A DNA stretch of 64,000 bases from Armatimonadota bacterium (GCA_046292385.1 JBKBRF010000023.1:1-64000); one strand, 5' to 3'. Shown: positions 47,274-58,203, numbered from the stretch's first letter. Numbers and translations: made by a program. Notes: generated by a model from the letters alone, not told the origin.

Positions 47274-49238
47274 CTACTTCTTCTCCGCGGGCGGCGCGGG
47301 CTTTACGGTGAGCGCCACGGCGGGCGCGGCGACCACCACATTCTTGCCGTTCCCCTGGACCACCACCGAGGAGGGACCAACGGCCGCGTTCCCCGCCGCT
47401 TCCAGCACCAGCTTGCCCTCGGTCTGGTCCTTCTTGATCGTCAGGCCTGCCGCCTTCACGTTCCCCGGCAGCCCCAGCACGGTGACCGCCACGTCTTCCT
47501 TGAAGTCGTCCTGGCGCTTCACCCGGACCGTGAGCTCCACCTTCTGGCCCGCCTGCACCTCCGCGGCGTCGCCCGTCACCTCCAGCACGTACTTCGGCGC
47601 GGCGCCGACCGCTCCCACCAGCAGCTCCGTCTCGCGCGTCTTCTGCTGGTTGGGCTGGTTCGTCAGCGGCGGCTGGTACTTCTCGGTGCCGGCGGCGCGG
47701 CGCTCCACGGTCTGCTCGCCCATCTTCGCGCTGCCGACTACGCTGATCCGCGAGTGGACCGGGGCCGTGCCGGCCGGCGCAAAGAGAGTCACCAGCGTGG
47801 AGCCCTGACCCTTGCGGATCGCCGCGGGGCTGGCCACCACCCCGGCGGGAAGCCCCTCGATCCGGAGCGGAATCTCCTCGTTGAAGCCGCCGCGGCGCTC
47901 GGCCGTAACGGTGATCACCGCGGCGGCGCCGGGCGGGATCGTCGGATTATCCGGGGCGACGGTGAGCCGGTAGTCCGGCCCCTCCGGCGGCGAGAGGCGG
48001 AGCCGGTAGTAGTAGCCGTCGCCGCCCCGTCCGCTCAGGCTCGACACCTCCGCCAGGTAGTCGCCGTCCGCGGGCGGGGTGAAGTTGAGCGCGGAGTCCT
48101 TCCCCGCGTCGTCGTCGTTCCTCGCCAGCTCTTTGCCGGACGAGTCGAGCACCCGGAGAACGGAGTCGAGCCGGGAGCCCAGCCGCCGTGCCGCGACCTC
48201 GATCCGGACCGGCTGCTTCCCTTTCGCGGAGAAGCGGTAATAGTCCCGATCTCCCATCCGGCCGATCCAGCCGCTAACGCCGCCCGGGATCTCCCCGACC
48301 TCCCCGGCTTTCGCTGCCTCGTCGTTCGGCTCGGCTTCCGAGCGCCCGGCTCCACCGGGGAAGACGGGGAACGGCGCGGACGGTCCCGTGGGTGTGGAGA
48401 CGGTGACCAGCGCCGGCTCCTCGCTGCCGCCGGGGAGCTTCACCTCGGCTTCCCGCATTGCGCCGAGGTTCACGCCCTGCACCGCCAGCTTGACCGTGCT
48501 GCCCGGCGCACCGCCCAGGGGGCTCCACCGGGTCACCACCGGCAGCTTGCCCATCGAGAGCCGGTAGGTGTACTGCGGCCCACCCCGGAAGAGGCTGTCC
48601 CGCACCTGGAGCACGTAGCGCCCCGCCTTCTTGAAGGTGTGGACCAGCCGCGGATCCCGCTCGAAGTTGTCCATCGCGAACTTCACCACGCGTCCTTCGG
48701 CGTCGTGAAGACTCAGATAGCCGTCGAGGGCGGAGTGGTGGCCGGCGGCGTTGAGCGAGAAGACCCAGGTCTCCCCCGCCTGGGCCCGGAAGACGTACGA
48801 ATCGATATCCTGTCCCTTGTCCGCGCGCCCGCTAAGTGTCACCGGGAAGGAGCTCACTTCCTGCGGCTGCTTGAGCGCGTCGTTCGGCTCCTTCTCCAGC
48901 GCGTCGGGGTACAGTCCCACCCAGATCCGCCCCGCGTTGGAGACCCCTTTCGCGGTGACGACCCGTATCTCCCGCGGTCCGACCGGGGCGTCCGCCGCGA
49001 TCGTGAGTTGGATCGGCAGACTCGCCGCCGCGCCGCCCATACCCGGTGAGGCGGAGACTCCGCTGCCGCTGACCAGCACCTCCCGGACCTCCGTCAGCGC
49101 GGCGCCCGAGACCGCGGCCGTCACCTCCGTCCCGGCCTTTCCCCCCGGGGGATAGACCGCGTTGAGACTGGGGGCCTGTGCCGCCGCCGGCAACGGGCCC
49201 AGCGCCAGACACACCGCACCCAGCAGCAGCCGTTTCAT
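47274..49238 (-). CDS. Secreted PPC (pre-peptidase C-terminal) domain protein
   Basis: Signal peptide, YPPGG..GT, EKEPND and EAEPND repeats, GSRLDS..NDD, YRL motifs. Confidence 0.8.
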   Translation of the reverse strand: MKRLLLGAVCLALGPLPAAAQAPSLNAVYPPGGKAGTEVTAAVSGAALTEVREVLVSGSGVSASPGMGGAAASLPIQLTIAADAPVGPREIRVVTAKGVSNAGRIWVGLYPDALEKEPNDALKQPQEVSSFPVTLSGRADKGQDIDSYVFRAQAGETWVFSLNAAGHHSALDGYLSLHDAEGRVVKFAMDNFERDPRLVHTFKKAGRYVLQVRDSLFRGGPQYTYRLSMGKLPVVTRWSPLGGAPGSTVKLAVQGVNLGAMREAEVKLPGGSEEPALVTVSTPTGPSAPFPVFPGGAGRSEAEPNDEAAKAGEVGEIPGGVSGWIGRMGDRDYYRFSAKGKQPVRIEVAARRLGSRLDSVLRVLDSSGKELARNDDDAGKDSALNFTPPADGDYLAEVSSLSGRGGDGYYYRLRLSPPEGPDYRLTVAPDNPTIPPGAAAVITVTAERRGGFNEEIPLRIEGLPAGVVASPAAIRKGQGSTLVTLFAPAGTAPVHSRISVVGSAKMGEQTVERRAAGTEKYQPPLTNQPNQQKTRETELLVGAVGAAPKYVLEVTGDAAEVQAGQKVELTVRVKRQDDFKEDVAVTVLGLPGNVKAAGLTIKKDQTEGKLVLEAAGNAAVGPSSVVVQGNGKNVVVAAPAVALTVKPAPPAEKK

Positions 49239-49396
49239 GGGATCCTCCGAAGATCGCGCAGGGACGTAGTCGTTTCGCGGGGAATCGTAATGAGTGTAAT
49301 GTAACCGCGGAGCGAGGGCTCGCAGGCCGGGGAGAGTGACCGCTGTCACTCCTGCCGGGAGCCTCTCACTCGACTCTCGGCGACTCGGAGGGTACG

Positions 49397-49663
49397 ATGA
49401 CGCACGCGAAGACCGCCGGACTGGCGCTCCTGGCAGTGGCGGCTGTGGGGCTGATGGTGTTTAGCCTGAAGCAGAGCTTCTTCAACGAGCCGGAACGCGC
49501 GGGCGCGCGCGAAGCCGCCATCATGAAGGCGTCGATGGAAGCCGCGATCCGCGCCGCCAAGGAGCGCGAGGCGCGAGGCGAGCGCACGGAAGGCACCTCC
49601 GCCGCCGCGAGCGCCAAGAAGGACGCCAACACGCCGGGAAAGGCGCCCGCCCCGGCGCGGTAG
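49397..49663 (+). CDS. Small membrane-anchored hypothetical protein
   Basis: GGAGG RBS, N-terminal TM helix. Confidence 0.6.
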   Translation: MTHAKTAGLALLAVAAVGLMVFSLKQSFFNEPERAGAREAAIMKASMEAAIRAAKEREARGERTEGTSAAASAKKDANTPGKAPAPAR

Positions 49664-49772
49664 AGCCTCGCGAGGCCGAAACCGAGGGTCGGAAGGCACG
49701 TCCCGGGCAGCCGTTGAACCTGCGTGGGGACGCATCCGCGCGTACTCCCAACCTCGAGAAGGCAATCCCCCG

Positions 49773-50513
<741 letters not shown>

Positions 50514-50601
50514 CGCCGGTGGCAGGTTGGCAGGTCCACAGGTGGGCACCCCGATAGACAGGGCTGGAAACCTGAGGCCTGCAACCTGCTAACGCAGGGA
50601 G

Positions 50602-52767
50602 CTACTTCCCGCGGAGAGCGGTGAGCGAGCCGTCCATTCCGGTCACGTAGACCACGCCGCCGGCCGGCACCGGGTCGGAGAAGACGTAGAGCCGCGGCGT
50701 CACCTGGTACTCCCAGAGCCGGCGCCCGTCCGCCGCGGCGAGCGCGACGATCCGTCCCGTCCCGCCGGCGGAGTAGACGATCCTGTCCTGCTCCGCCGGG
50801 GCGGAGGGGATGAAGCCGGTCCCCGCGGCCGCCGTCCAGAGTGGGGTGCCGTCGGCCGCCAGTTTGCGCAGGTTGCCGTCGGTGCCGCGCAGGTAGACCG
50901 CCGAGCCGTCCTCCGAGCGGGCGACGCTGGAGACCTTCTCCTGCTGCTCGCCCAGCGTGCCGGTCTCGGGGTCGAGGAGCGACAGGCGGTACATCCGGTC
51001 GGCGATCCAGACCCGGCGCCCGGCGACCACCGGCCCCGCGTCGGCCGGGCTGTAGTAGCGCGCCACCCCCGGCAGCGAGGCGGCGCTCCCGGCGCCCTTC
51101 GCCTTCCAGCGGATCTCGCCGGTGGCGGCGTCGAGCGCGTAGACGTGGCTGTCCCACGCGCCGTAGTAGAGCGTCCCCTGCTCCAGCCAGGGGCGGCTCT
51201 CGATCGAGTAGTCCGCCACGGCGCGCTCCCAGAGCTTCCGCCCGTCCGCTGCGGCCAGCGCGTAGACCCGGCCGTTGTTGGCGGCGAAGACGATGGTGTC
51301 GCCGACGGCGACCGCCGCGGAGTAGACCGGGTCGCCGACTTCGAACGACCAGCGCTGCCGCCCGCGGCGGTCGACCGCATAGAAGCGGCAGTCTCCCGAG
51401 CCGACGTAGAACGCGTCGCCGTGCGCCAGCGGCTGCGCCAGGATCTCGCCGCCGGTCCGGAAGAGCCACCGGCGCTTTCCGCTCTCCCGGCTGAAGGCGT
51501 AGAGGCCGCCATCGCCCGCGCCGGCGACCACCAGGTCTCCCGCTGCCGCCGGAGAGCCTTTGCCGGAGCCGCCCATCCGCGCGCGCCAGAGGACTCGCTT
51601 CTCCGGCGCCTCTACGTAAAAGCGAGTGGTGCGCTGGAGCTCCTCGCCGTCTTTCGCGCGGAAGGTGACCCGCAGGTAGTGACAGCCCGGCTCCCACGCG
51701 GAGGTATCCACGCTCGCGCGCCACTCGCGCCGGTCCCGCTGCAGCGTGCCGGTCCGTCCTTCCACGTCGTCCGCCTGCCAGGTCGCCGACTCCAGGTCGT
51801 CCCGGTCGATCCGGACCCGCAGCGTCGTCAGGCCGGCCTCGACGTTCGCCGAGTCGCGCGGCGCCTGGAACGTGATGCGGGGATAGCGACTCGCCTTCCG
51901 CAGGGGACGCTCCAGCAGCGGCTGGCGCGGCGCCGGCTCCCAGGCCCGGCGGTAGGCGACCCGCAGCACGCCGTCCTTTACGGAGACGACCGAGTAGCCC
52001 GGCGCATTCCCGAAGGTGCTGCCGCCCATCACCTGGTCCACCCCGGCCACCACCCGGTGCTGCGCCGCGTGGCCGTGACCCACCAGGATCAGCGCCACGT
52101 TGTAGGGGCGGAGCAGGTCGAGCAGCCGGTCGCGCTCGTAGAGCGAGGCGAGCTCGTTACTGTCGATCGGGTGATGGCAGAAGAGGAAGATCGGGGTGCT
52201 GCGGGAGACCCGCTTCAGGTCCTCCTTCAGCCAGCGGATCCCCTCTTCCCCGAACGACGGGCGCGGATCCTGCGGCGTGGCGGAGTCCCACCCGATGAAG
52301 TGACAGCCGTGCGCGTCGAAGGAGTAGTAGGGCGAGCCATGCAGCTTCCGGATCTCGTGGCGCTGGCAAGCCCAGGTGGAGTCGTGGTTGCCGGACTGGT
52401 GGTAGACCGGGAACGGCGCCCCCTTCCAGAGGTCGAGATACTGCTGCCACCAGCCCGAAAGCCCGCCGAACTCGGTGAGGTCGCCGGTCGCAATGGCGAA
52501 CGACGGCGCCGGGACCTCCACCCCGTAGCCCGGCAGCGAGATCGGCTGCGTCAGCGTCTTGATCTGCGCGATCACCTCGGTCGAGCCGAACTGCCGCTCC
52601 GGGTCCGGCCCCGTCCTGCGCGTGACACCCGGTGGGACGTGGACGTCGCTGCAGTGGATGAAGCTGAAGTCCCCCGGCCCGCCGGGCTCCGCCGCGGAGA
52701 CGAGAGAGACGAGCGTCGACGCCGCCAGCACAGCGGCGAGAGTGGTGAGCGCGCGGAGGAATCGCAT
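50602..52767 (-). CDS. Secreted metallophosphoesterase with C-terminal PQQ-like beta-propeller
   Basis: SDVH, TGDLTE, GNHD, HHP, GHGH; BamB-like repeats. Confidence 0.88.
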   Translation of the reverse strand: MRFLRALTTLAAVLAASTLVSLVSAAEPGGPGDFSFIHCSDVHVPPGVTRRTGPDPERQFGSTEVIAQIKTLTQPISLPGYGVEVPAPSFAIATGDLTEFGGLSGWWQQYLDLWKGAPFPVYHQSGNHDSTWACQRHEIRKLHGSPYYSFDAHGCHFIGWDSATPQDPRPSFGEEGIRWLKEDLKRVSRSTPIFLFCHHPIDSNELASLYERDRLLDLLRPYNVALILVGHGHAAQHRVVAGVDQVMGGSTFGNAPGYSVVSVKDGVLRVAYRRAWEPAPRQPLLERPLRKASRYPRITFQAPRDSANVEAGLTTLRVRIDRDDLESATWQADDVEGRTGTLQRDRREWRASVDTSAWEPGCHYLRVTFRAKDGEELQRTTRFYVEAPEKRVLWRARMGGSGKGSPAAAGDLVVAGAGDGGLYAFSRESGKRRWLFRTGGEILAQPLAHGDAFYVGSGDCRFYAVDRRGRQRWSFEVGDPVYSAAVAVGDTIVFAANNGRVYALAAADGRKLWERAVADYSIESRPWLEQGTLYYGAWDSHVYALDAATGEIRWKAKGAGSAASLPGVARYYSPADAGPVVAGRRVWIADRMYRLSLLDPETGTLGEQQEKVSSVARSEDGSAVYLRGTDGNLRKLAADGTPLWTAAAGTGFIPSAPAEQDRIVYSAGGTGRIVALAAADGRRLWEYQVTPRLYVFSDPVPAGGVVYVTGMDGSLTALRGK

Positions 52768-52889
52768 GGGGTTTCCGGGAGAGAGCTCGCTGGGCCGGCA
52801 AACGGCCGCACCCGTTCACTCTCCACCCCCGGACCGCAGGGCTCCTCCCTGCGGCTTCAGAACCCCGCCACAGACGTACACGCCACCGC

Positions 52890-53240
52890 CGGAACCCGGG
52901 CGTCCGGAGGCGCTGCCGCAGGCAGAGCCGGAGGGCGGCATTTGTGACCACCCGTTGGCGGAGGGGTGGTCGCTCGAAGGTTTACCACCCGTACGGGTGG
53001 GTCGGGAATCAGCCCGTGAGCTCCGCTCCTGTGGGGGTAGGGCGGAGTGGCGCGGGAAGAGCCTATCGGAGCGCACTCCCGGAGCGGCCCGCTAACGGAG
53101 CGAAGCGGAGTGTGAAAGGCTTGTCCCCCGAACGGGGGGGGCCGGCGGAGGGCCCACGTCGCGGGAGGGCTGATTCCCGACACAAGGGCGCGGGGTCGGG
53201 GCGACGGTCTCGAGGCCGGTCACCGGAAGAAGGGCGAGAC
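52890..53240 (+). ncRNA. Candidate structured non-coding RNA, full copy B (family unassigned)
   Basis: Perfect 15-bp stem 53001-53015/53167-53181 enclosing several hairpins; G-U pairs favour + strand; homologous to 60775-61016 and 34682-34804. Confidence 0.65.
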
Positions 53241-53519
53241 TTACGACCCGGTAAGCTCCGCCAGTCGCGCCTGGAGTCCCTCCGCGTCGAGGCCGGTGAT
53301 CCGGAAGCGCTTGTCGCGAGACTTCTCGCCGCCGATCAGCTCCACGTCCGCCCGCTTCACGCCCAGCACGTCGGCGAGGAAGTCGCGGCACGCGCGGTTG
53401 GCGGCCCCCTCGACGGGCGGGGCCGTGAGACGGATCGCGAGGACGCCCTCCCGCCAGCCGACTACCTCGCTCTTCGACGCGCGCGGCTGCACCCGGACTC
53501 GCAGCTCCGTCTGGCGCAT
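53241..53519 (-). CDS. DUF167/YggU family protein
   Basis: VRVQPRAS, TAPPVEGAAN, GEKSRDK. Confidence 0.9.
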   Translation of the reverse strand: MRQTELRVRVQPRASKSEVVGWREGVLAIRLTAPPVEGAANRACRDFLADVLGVKRADVELIGGEKSRDKRFRITGLDAEGLQARLAELTGS

Positions 53520-53896
53520 CAGCCGAACAGCAGGTGGCGATAGAACTCGACGACCCGGCCCGAGTGCGCGAAGACGCCGGCCACGTAGCCGACCAGGTAG
53601 CAGACGATGACCCAGCGCATCACCTTGGTGATCAGGACCGGGTTGCGGGGCCGGTACCACTCCGCGGCGATGACGGCGGGCACGAACGTCACCATCTTGG
53701 CGACGATGAACGGCACCGTTCCCATCTCCAGAAACCGCACCAGGACCGGGTTGCCTTCCCAGGCGATTCCCTGCCAGACCCAGTAGAGGGTGGTGATGAG
53801 ATCCGCGAGGCAGATAAAGGTGATCAGCGTCCCTTCCCCGCTGACGGTACGGTGGAGGAGGGGTTTTCCAGTAGGTCCGAGGGAAGTCGCTTCCAT
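53519..53896 (-). CDS. DUF5658-like membrane protein
   Basis: ADLITT, EGNP, F..K motif with TM helices. Confidence 0.65.
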   Translation of the reverse strand: MEATSLGPTGKPLLHRTVSGEGTLITFICLADLITTLYWVWQGIAWEGNPVLVRFLEMGTVPFIVAKMVTFVPAVIAAEWYRPRNPVLITKVMRWVIVCYLVGYVAGVFAHSGRVVEFYRHLLFG

Positions 53897-53988
53897 GCAC
53901 TGCGTCCTGCCGCCCGCTGCGGCTTCCGTGCCGCCGGGCGCTGATGGGGAAGGCTACAGGAGTAGTATTCCAGATTATCGCCGATTCG

Positions 53989-54834
53989 TTAGGCTAGTTG
54001 CCGCGTGCTCGTTTGCGTGCACTCTTCTATGACGACCGTGGAGCGCCGGAGGATCGCCGCCTCCGCTCCGGGTCGCCATCGGGCGGCGCCGGAGAGCCAC
54101 TCCGCCGCGCGCTCCCGGGCGAACCCGACCTCCTCCGGCGCGTGAGAGTCCGACCCGTACGTCAGCGGCACCCCCGCGTCGACGCAGCGGCGCAGCAGCC
54201 TCTCGTCCGGGAACGGCGCGCTGCCGCCCTTCCGGATGGCGGAGGTGTTGATCTCGATGCCGACTCCCGCCCCGGCGAGGACTCGGGCCGTCTCCGCAAA
54301 CTCCTCCTCCAGGAGCGCGGGGTCGGGCGCAGGCCCAAAAGCAAGGATTCCGGTGATGTGACCCAGCACGTCGAAGAGCCCGCTCCGCGCGGAGTCCCGC
54401 ACCAGCCGGAAGTACTCGCGGTGCTGCTCCTCCGCCGGCTTCCCCTCCCGCCAGCGGCGCTGGTCGTAGATGTGGACGTCGCCCACGAAGTGCACGGAGC
54501 CGATCAGGTAGTCGAACGGGTAGGCGGAGAGCACCTCCCGGTAGAGCTCCTCGAACCCGGGGGCGTAGTCGACCTCCAGCCCGAGCAGCACGTCGATGCG
54601 CCCGGCATAGCGGCGCTTCAGCTCCAGCACCTCGTCCACGTAGCGCGGCAGCTCGCTGCGGGCCATCGCCGTGCCGGGGAGCACGTGGTCGCCGTCCCAG
54701 AAGTAGATCGGCGCGTGGTCGGTCACCCCGATCTCCCGCATGCCCAGCGAGAGCGCGGCCTCCACGTACTCCTCGATCGTGCCGCGGGCGTGGCCGCACC
54801 GCTCGTGATGGGTATGGTGGTCGAACGTCAGCAT
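53989..54834 (-). CDS. Histidinol-phosphatase HisJ/HisK-type PHP family
   Basis: DHHTH..CGHA, TDHAP, GLEVD, IGSVH, EINT, GSDSH. Confidence 0.85.
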   Translation of the reverse strand: MLTFDHHTHHERCGHARGTIEEYVEAALSLGMREIGVTDHAPIYFWDGDHVLPGTAMARSELPRYVDEVLELKRRYAGRIDVLLGLEVDYAPGFEELYREVLSAYPFDYLIGSVHFVGDVHIYDQRRWREGKPAEEQHREYFRLVRDSARSGLFDVLGHITGILAFGPAPDPALLEEEFAETARVLAGAGVGIEINTSAIRKGGSAPFPDERLLRRCVDAGVPLTYGSDSHAPEEVGFARERAAEWLSGAARWRPGAEAAILRRSTVVIEECTQTSTRQLA

Positions 54835-55012
54835 AGATCTCCGGTACTTCGGCGCCCCGGCAAACCAGCCGGTGCTGAGCTGTTGTACCACGTTCGCCGC
54901 CTTCGCCAACGGCGTTCTCCGAGGTGCCCCCTCTCGCGGGCCTTGCGGTGGGAGACGCGAGTGTAACCCGCGGAAGCCGGGGAGCATCCTAGTGGCGGAG
55001 GTGCAGCCAGCG

Positions 55013-57385
55013 ATGTTCCGATCTCTCCGAAACCTGATTCTCTTCTCCGTACTCGGAGCGCTGCTCTCGGCGGCAGCGCCCGCGGCGGCGCAGGGGTTGA
55101 TCCTGCCCGACCGCCGCCTGCCGATCCCCAACCCGAGGGCGGTCTCGGTGAAGTCGCAGCACATCACCATGCAGGTCAACAGCGGCGCGATGCGGGTGGA
55201 AGTCGAGCAGGTGTTCTACAACCCCAACCCGGTGCCGGTGGAGGGGACCTACCTCTTCCCGCTGCCGGAGGGTGCCGTGCCCTCCAACTTCCGGCTGCTG
55301 ATCGATAAGGAGCCGGTCGACGGCAAGATCCTCACCACGCAGGAAGCGCGGCGGATCTACGAGGCGTACCTCCGGCAGAACATCGACCCGGCGATCCTGG
55401 AGTACGCCGGCCGCAACACCTTCCGGGCGCGGGTCTTCCCGATTGCCGCGGGCGGAGAGCGGCGGATCTGGATGGGCTACTCCCAGGCGCTGGAGTTCAA
55501 CAACGGCATCTACCGCGCGGTCTACCCGCTCGATTCGGAGCGGGTGACGCAGGCGAGCGCGGGCGACGTCACCATCGACTGCACCATCCGCAGCCCGCAG
55601 CCGCTCAAGGCGGTTTACAGCCCCACGCACGAGATCCACGTGAAGCGGGAGAGCGACCACCTGGCGCGGGTCACGTTCGAGGCGAAGGAGCTGCGCGCCA
55701 ATCGGGACTTCGTGCTCTACTACACCACCTCGGAGAAGGCGTTCGGCGTGAACCTTCTCGCCCACCGGAAGGCGGGGCAGCCCGGGTACGCCATGCTGAT
55801 GCTCGCCCCGAAGCGGGAGGTGGACTCTGCCGACGTCTTGCCGAAGGACGTCGTCTTCGTGGTCGACACCTCCGGCAGCATGCAGGGCGACAAGATCGAG
55901 CAGGCGCGCAAGGCGCTCCAGACCGTGGTCGGCGCGCTGAACGACAAGGACCGCTTCAACATCATCCGGTTCAGCAGCGACGTGGTGCCGTTCCGTGAGA
56001 GCGTGGTTCCCGCCAGCCCGGAGAACCGGGCCGCCGCGTCCGCCTTCGTGGACCAGATCAAGGCGGTGGGCGGCACCGCGATCGACGACGCGCTCCAGGC
56101 CGGCCTCGCTTCTCTGCCGAAGCCGGAAGACCGCGTCGGCCGCGCGCCGTTCCTCGTCTTCGTGACCGACGGCCTGCCGACGATCGGCACGACCGACGTC
56201 GACCAGATCCTGAAGAACGCCGCGAAGGCAGCTCCGGCCGACCTGCGCCTCTTCTCGTTCGGGGTCGGCGCGGACGTGAACACGCTGCTGCTCGACCGCC
56301 TCGCCCGGGACAACCGCGGCGCGGCCGACTACATCTCCCCGTCCGAGGACCTGGAGACGGAGATCGGCAGCTTCTACGCCAAGATCGCCAACCCGGTGCT
56401 CTCCAACGTGAAGGTCTCCGTCGAAGGCGCGAAGCTGACGGAGGTCTACCCCAGCAAGGTCCCGGACCTCTTCGCCGGCACGCAGCTTCTGCTGCTGGGC
56501 CGCTACGAGGGCAGCGGCAAGGGGAGCGTGGTGCTCACCGGCGAGGTGAACGGCAAGCCGCAGCGCTACAGCTTCCCGGTGGAGCTGCCGGAGCGGAACG
56601 CGGGCGAGGAGTTCATCCCCCGGCTCTGGGCCGGCCGCCGCATCGGCTTCCTGCTGGAAGAGATCCGCCTGAACGGCGAAAAGGAAGAGCTGAAGGACGA
56701 GGTGATCCGCCTGAGCAAGGAGTGGGGCATCGTGACTCCCTACACGTCCTACCTGGTGGAAGAGCCTGGCGCGCTCGGCGCGGGATTCAGAACCCATTTC
56801 TCCATTGGTGGCGCAGAAGCTCTCGGTGGGGGTGTTGGCGGTGGCGGATTTGGCGGCGCGGCCGGCCGCCCCGGCGAGCGCGGTCCCGCGGGTCCGCCGG
56901 GACTTCCGGGGCCGGCCGGACCTCCCGGAGCCCGCGGCGCCACTCCGCCCGCGGCTTCCAAGCCCGAGGCGGAGCGGGTGCGACGCGAGACCGCGCAGAC
57001 CCGGGCGCGGCAGCAGGTGGACGGCTACTTCAACCGCTCCACCGGCTGGAACGCCGTCGAGGCGAGCAAGCGGGTGCGGGAGCTGAAGGACCGGAGCGTG
57101 GCGGAAGGCGACGTGGAGGTCCGCCGCACGGTAGAGGGCCGCGCCTTCGAGCTCCAGGGCGAAGTGTGGCGGGACCGCACCCTCCCCGCCAAGGCGAAGC
57201 CGGTGGAAGTACAGTACGGCTCGGAAGCCTATTTCCAGCTCCTGCGCGCCAAGCCGGAGTGGGCAAAGTTCCTGGCGCTCGGGCGGCAGGTCGCCTTCCG
57301 CACCGGCAAGACGGCCGCGGTGGTGATCGGCCCCAAGGGCAAGACGAAGCTCACCGAGGCCGAGCTGAAGGCGCTGGAGAAGTAA
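55013..57385 (+). CDS. Secreted VIT plus vWA domain protein with collagen-like insert
   Basis: Signal peptide, VIT (EG.YLFPLP), MIDAS DTSGSM, TDG, VTPYTSYLV; (GXY)9 segment. Confidence 0.9.
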   Translation: MFRSLRNLILFSVLGALLSAAAPAAAQGLILPDRRLPIPNPRAVSVKSQHITMQVNSGAMRVEVEQVFYNPNPVPVEGTYLFPLPEGAVPSNFRLLIDKEPVDGKILTTQEARRIYEAYLRQNIDPAILEYAGRNTFRARVFPIAAGGERRIWMGYSQALEFNNGIYRAVYPLDSERVTQASAGDVTIDCTIRSPQPLKAVYSPTHEIHVKRESDHLARVTFEAKELRANRDFVLYYTTSEKAFGVNLLAHRKAGQPGYAMLMLAPKREVDSADVLPKDVVFVVDTSGSMQGDKIEQARKALQTVVGALNDKDRFNIIRFSSDVVPFRESVVPASPENRAAASAFVDQIKAVGGTAIDDALQAGLASLPKPEDRVGRAPFLVFVTDGLPTIGTTDVDQILKNAAKAAPADLRLFSFGVGADVNTLLLDRLARDNRGAADYISPSEDLETEIGSFYAKIANPVLSNVKVSVEGAKLTEVYPSKVPDLFAGTQLLLLGRYEGSGKGSVVLTGEVNGKPQRYSFPVELPERNAGEEFIPRLWAGRRIGFLLEEIRLNGEKEELKDEVIRLSKEWGIVTPYTSYLVEEPGALGAGFRTHFSIGGAEALGGGVGGGGFGGAAGRPGERGPAGPPGLPGPAGPPGARGATPPAASKPEAERVRRETAQTRARQQVDGYFNRSTGWNAVEASKRVRELKDRSVAEGDVEVRRTVEGRAFELQGEVWRDRTLPAKAKPVEVQYGSEAYFQLLRAKPEWAKFLALGRQVAFRTGKTAAVVIGPKGKTKLTEAELKALEK

Positions 57386-57418
57386 GGTAAGAGGTACGCT
57401 GGAGCGATTGGCCGCTTT

Positions 57419-57473
57419 CGCCTCGGACTAGAATCGAGGCTACACGGAGCGAAGCCCGCCTGCGCGGGCTCAG
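57419..57473. repeat. Left 55-bp REP-like inverted repeat
   Basis: 52/55 identical to reverse complement of 58369-58423. Confidence 0.85.
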
Positions 57474-57570
57474 AACTCCACCGGTAAGCGTGTCAGTGAC
57501 TTCCCGCAACCCCTTCAAGTGAGGGCGGGTCCGCGCGGACCCGCCCCCGCTTCTCCGGAGGCGTTTTACC

Positions 57571-58203
57571 GTGGCTACGCTCGAGCTAATGGTCGAGATT
57601 CGGAGGCTCGTGGACGATGGTTTTCCGCCCGCCGTTGAGTGCGCCTTCGCGGATGCCGCAGGCCGCGAGTGGCGGTTTATAGGGAAATGCATCGATTTCA
57701 CCTCTGACATCCTCACTCTGGACAGTTCGTTTCCGCAGCCGGGATCGCTCGCCTGCGAACTGGTCTCGGTCCACGTCGATGATGAGGATCAGCCCCGGGT
57801 AGAGATTGACACCGCCTTTCCGTGGTACACCGAGGCGGTAGATGGAGAGACTCGCTTCGTCGTCCGCCCTGAGCAGCTCGAGGGCCTTGAGGCCGCGGTA
57901 GACCAGCAGCGGCGCTGGCGTGAATACCTTGCCATTCACTCCGCTCTACTCGTGCGCGCCGGAGTGCCAGACGCCTTTCTGTCTCAACAAGGAGCGTTCG
58001 TCTCGGTGCTTTGCAATGGCTCATTGCCTGATTGGAGCTGTCGAGTGGCGGATCTGTCGAGAGATCAGCAGGCGCAGCTCGAAGAGGCGGTGGTTCAGTA
58101 TCTCTACGCTGGGCTGGAGCATATGGCGATCCAGTTGTTCGACCGTGCTCGCGTTCGGGAGATCTTCCGCCGAGTTGATGAGCTGAAATCGCTTGAGAAG
58201 TAG
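57571..58203 (+). CDS. Hypothetical protein inside the inverted repeats
   Basis: 210 aa, visibly lower GC than flanks, GGAGG RBS. Confidence 0.65.
   Translation: MATLELMVEIRRLVDDGFPPAVECAFADAAGREWRFIGKCIDFTSDILTLDSSFPQPGSLACELVSVHVDDEDQPRVEIDTAFPWYTEAVDGETRFVVRPEQLEGLEAAVDQQRRWREYLAIHSALLVRAGVPDAFLSQQGAFVSVLCNGSLPDWSCRVADLSRDQQAQLEEAVVQYLYAGLEHMAIQLFDRARVREIFRRVDELKSLEK

Noticed and set aside
53060..53120. RNase P-like words (GAGCGCAC, CCCGGAGC, GTGAAAGG) in the structured element
   Set aside because: Order differs from RNase P, the GAGGAAAGTCC and ACAGAA..CGGCTTA P4 strands are absent, and the element is multi-copy
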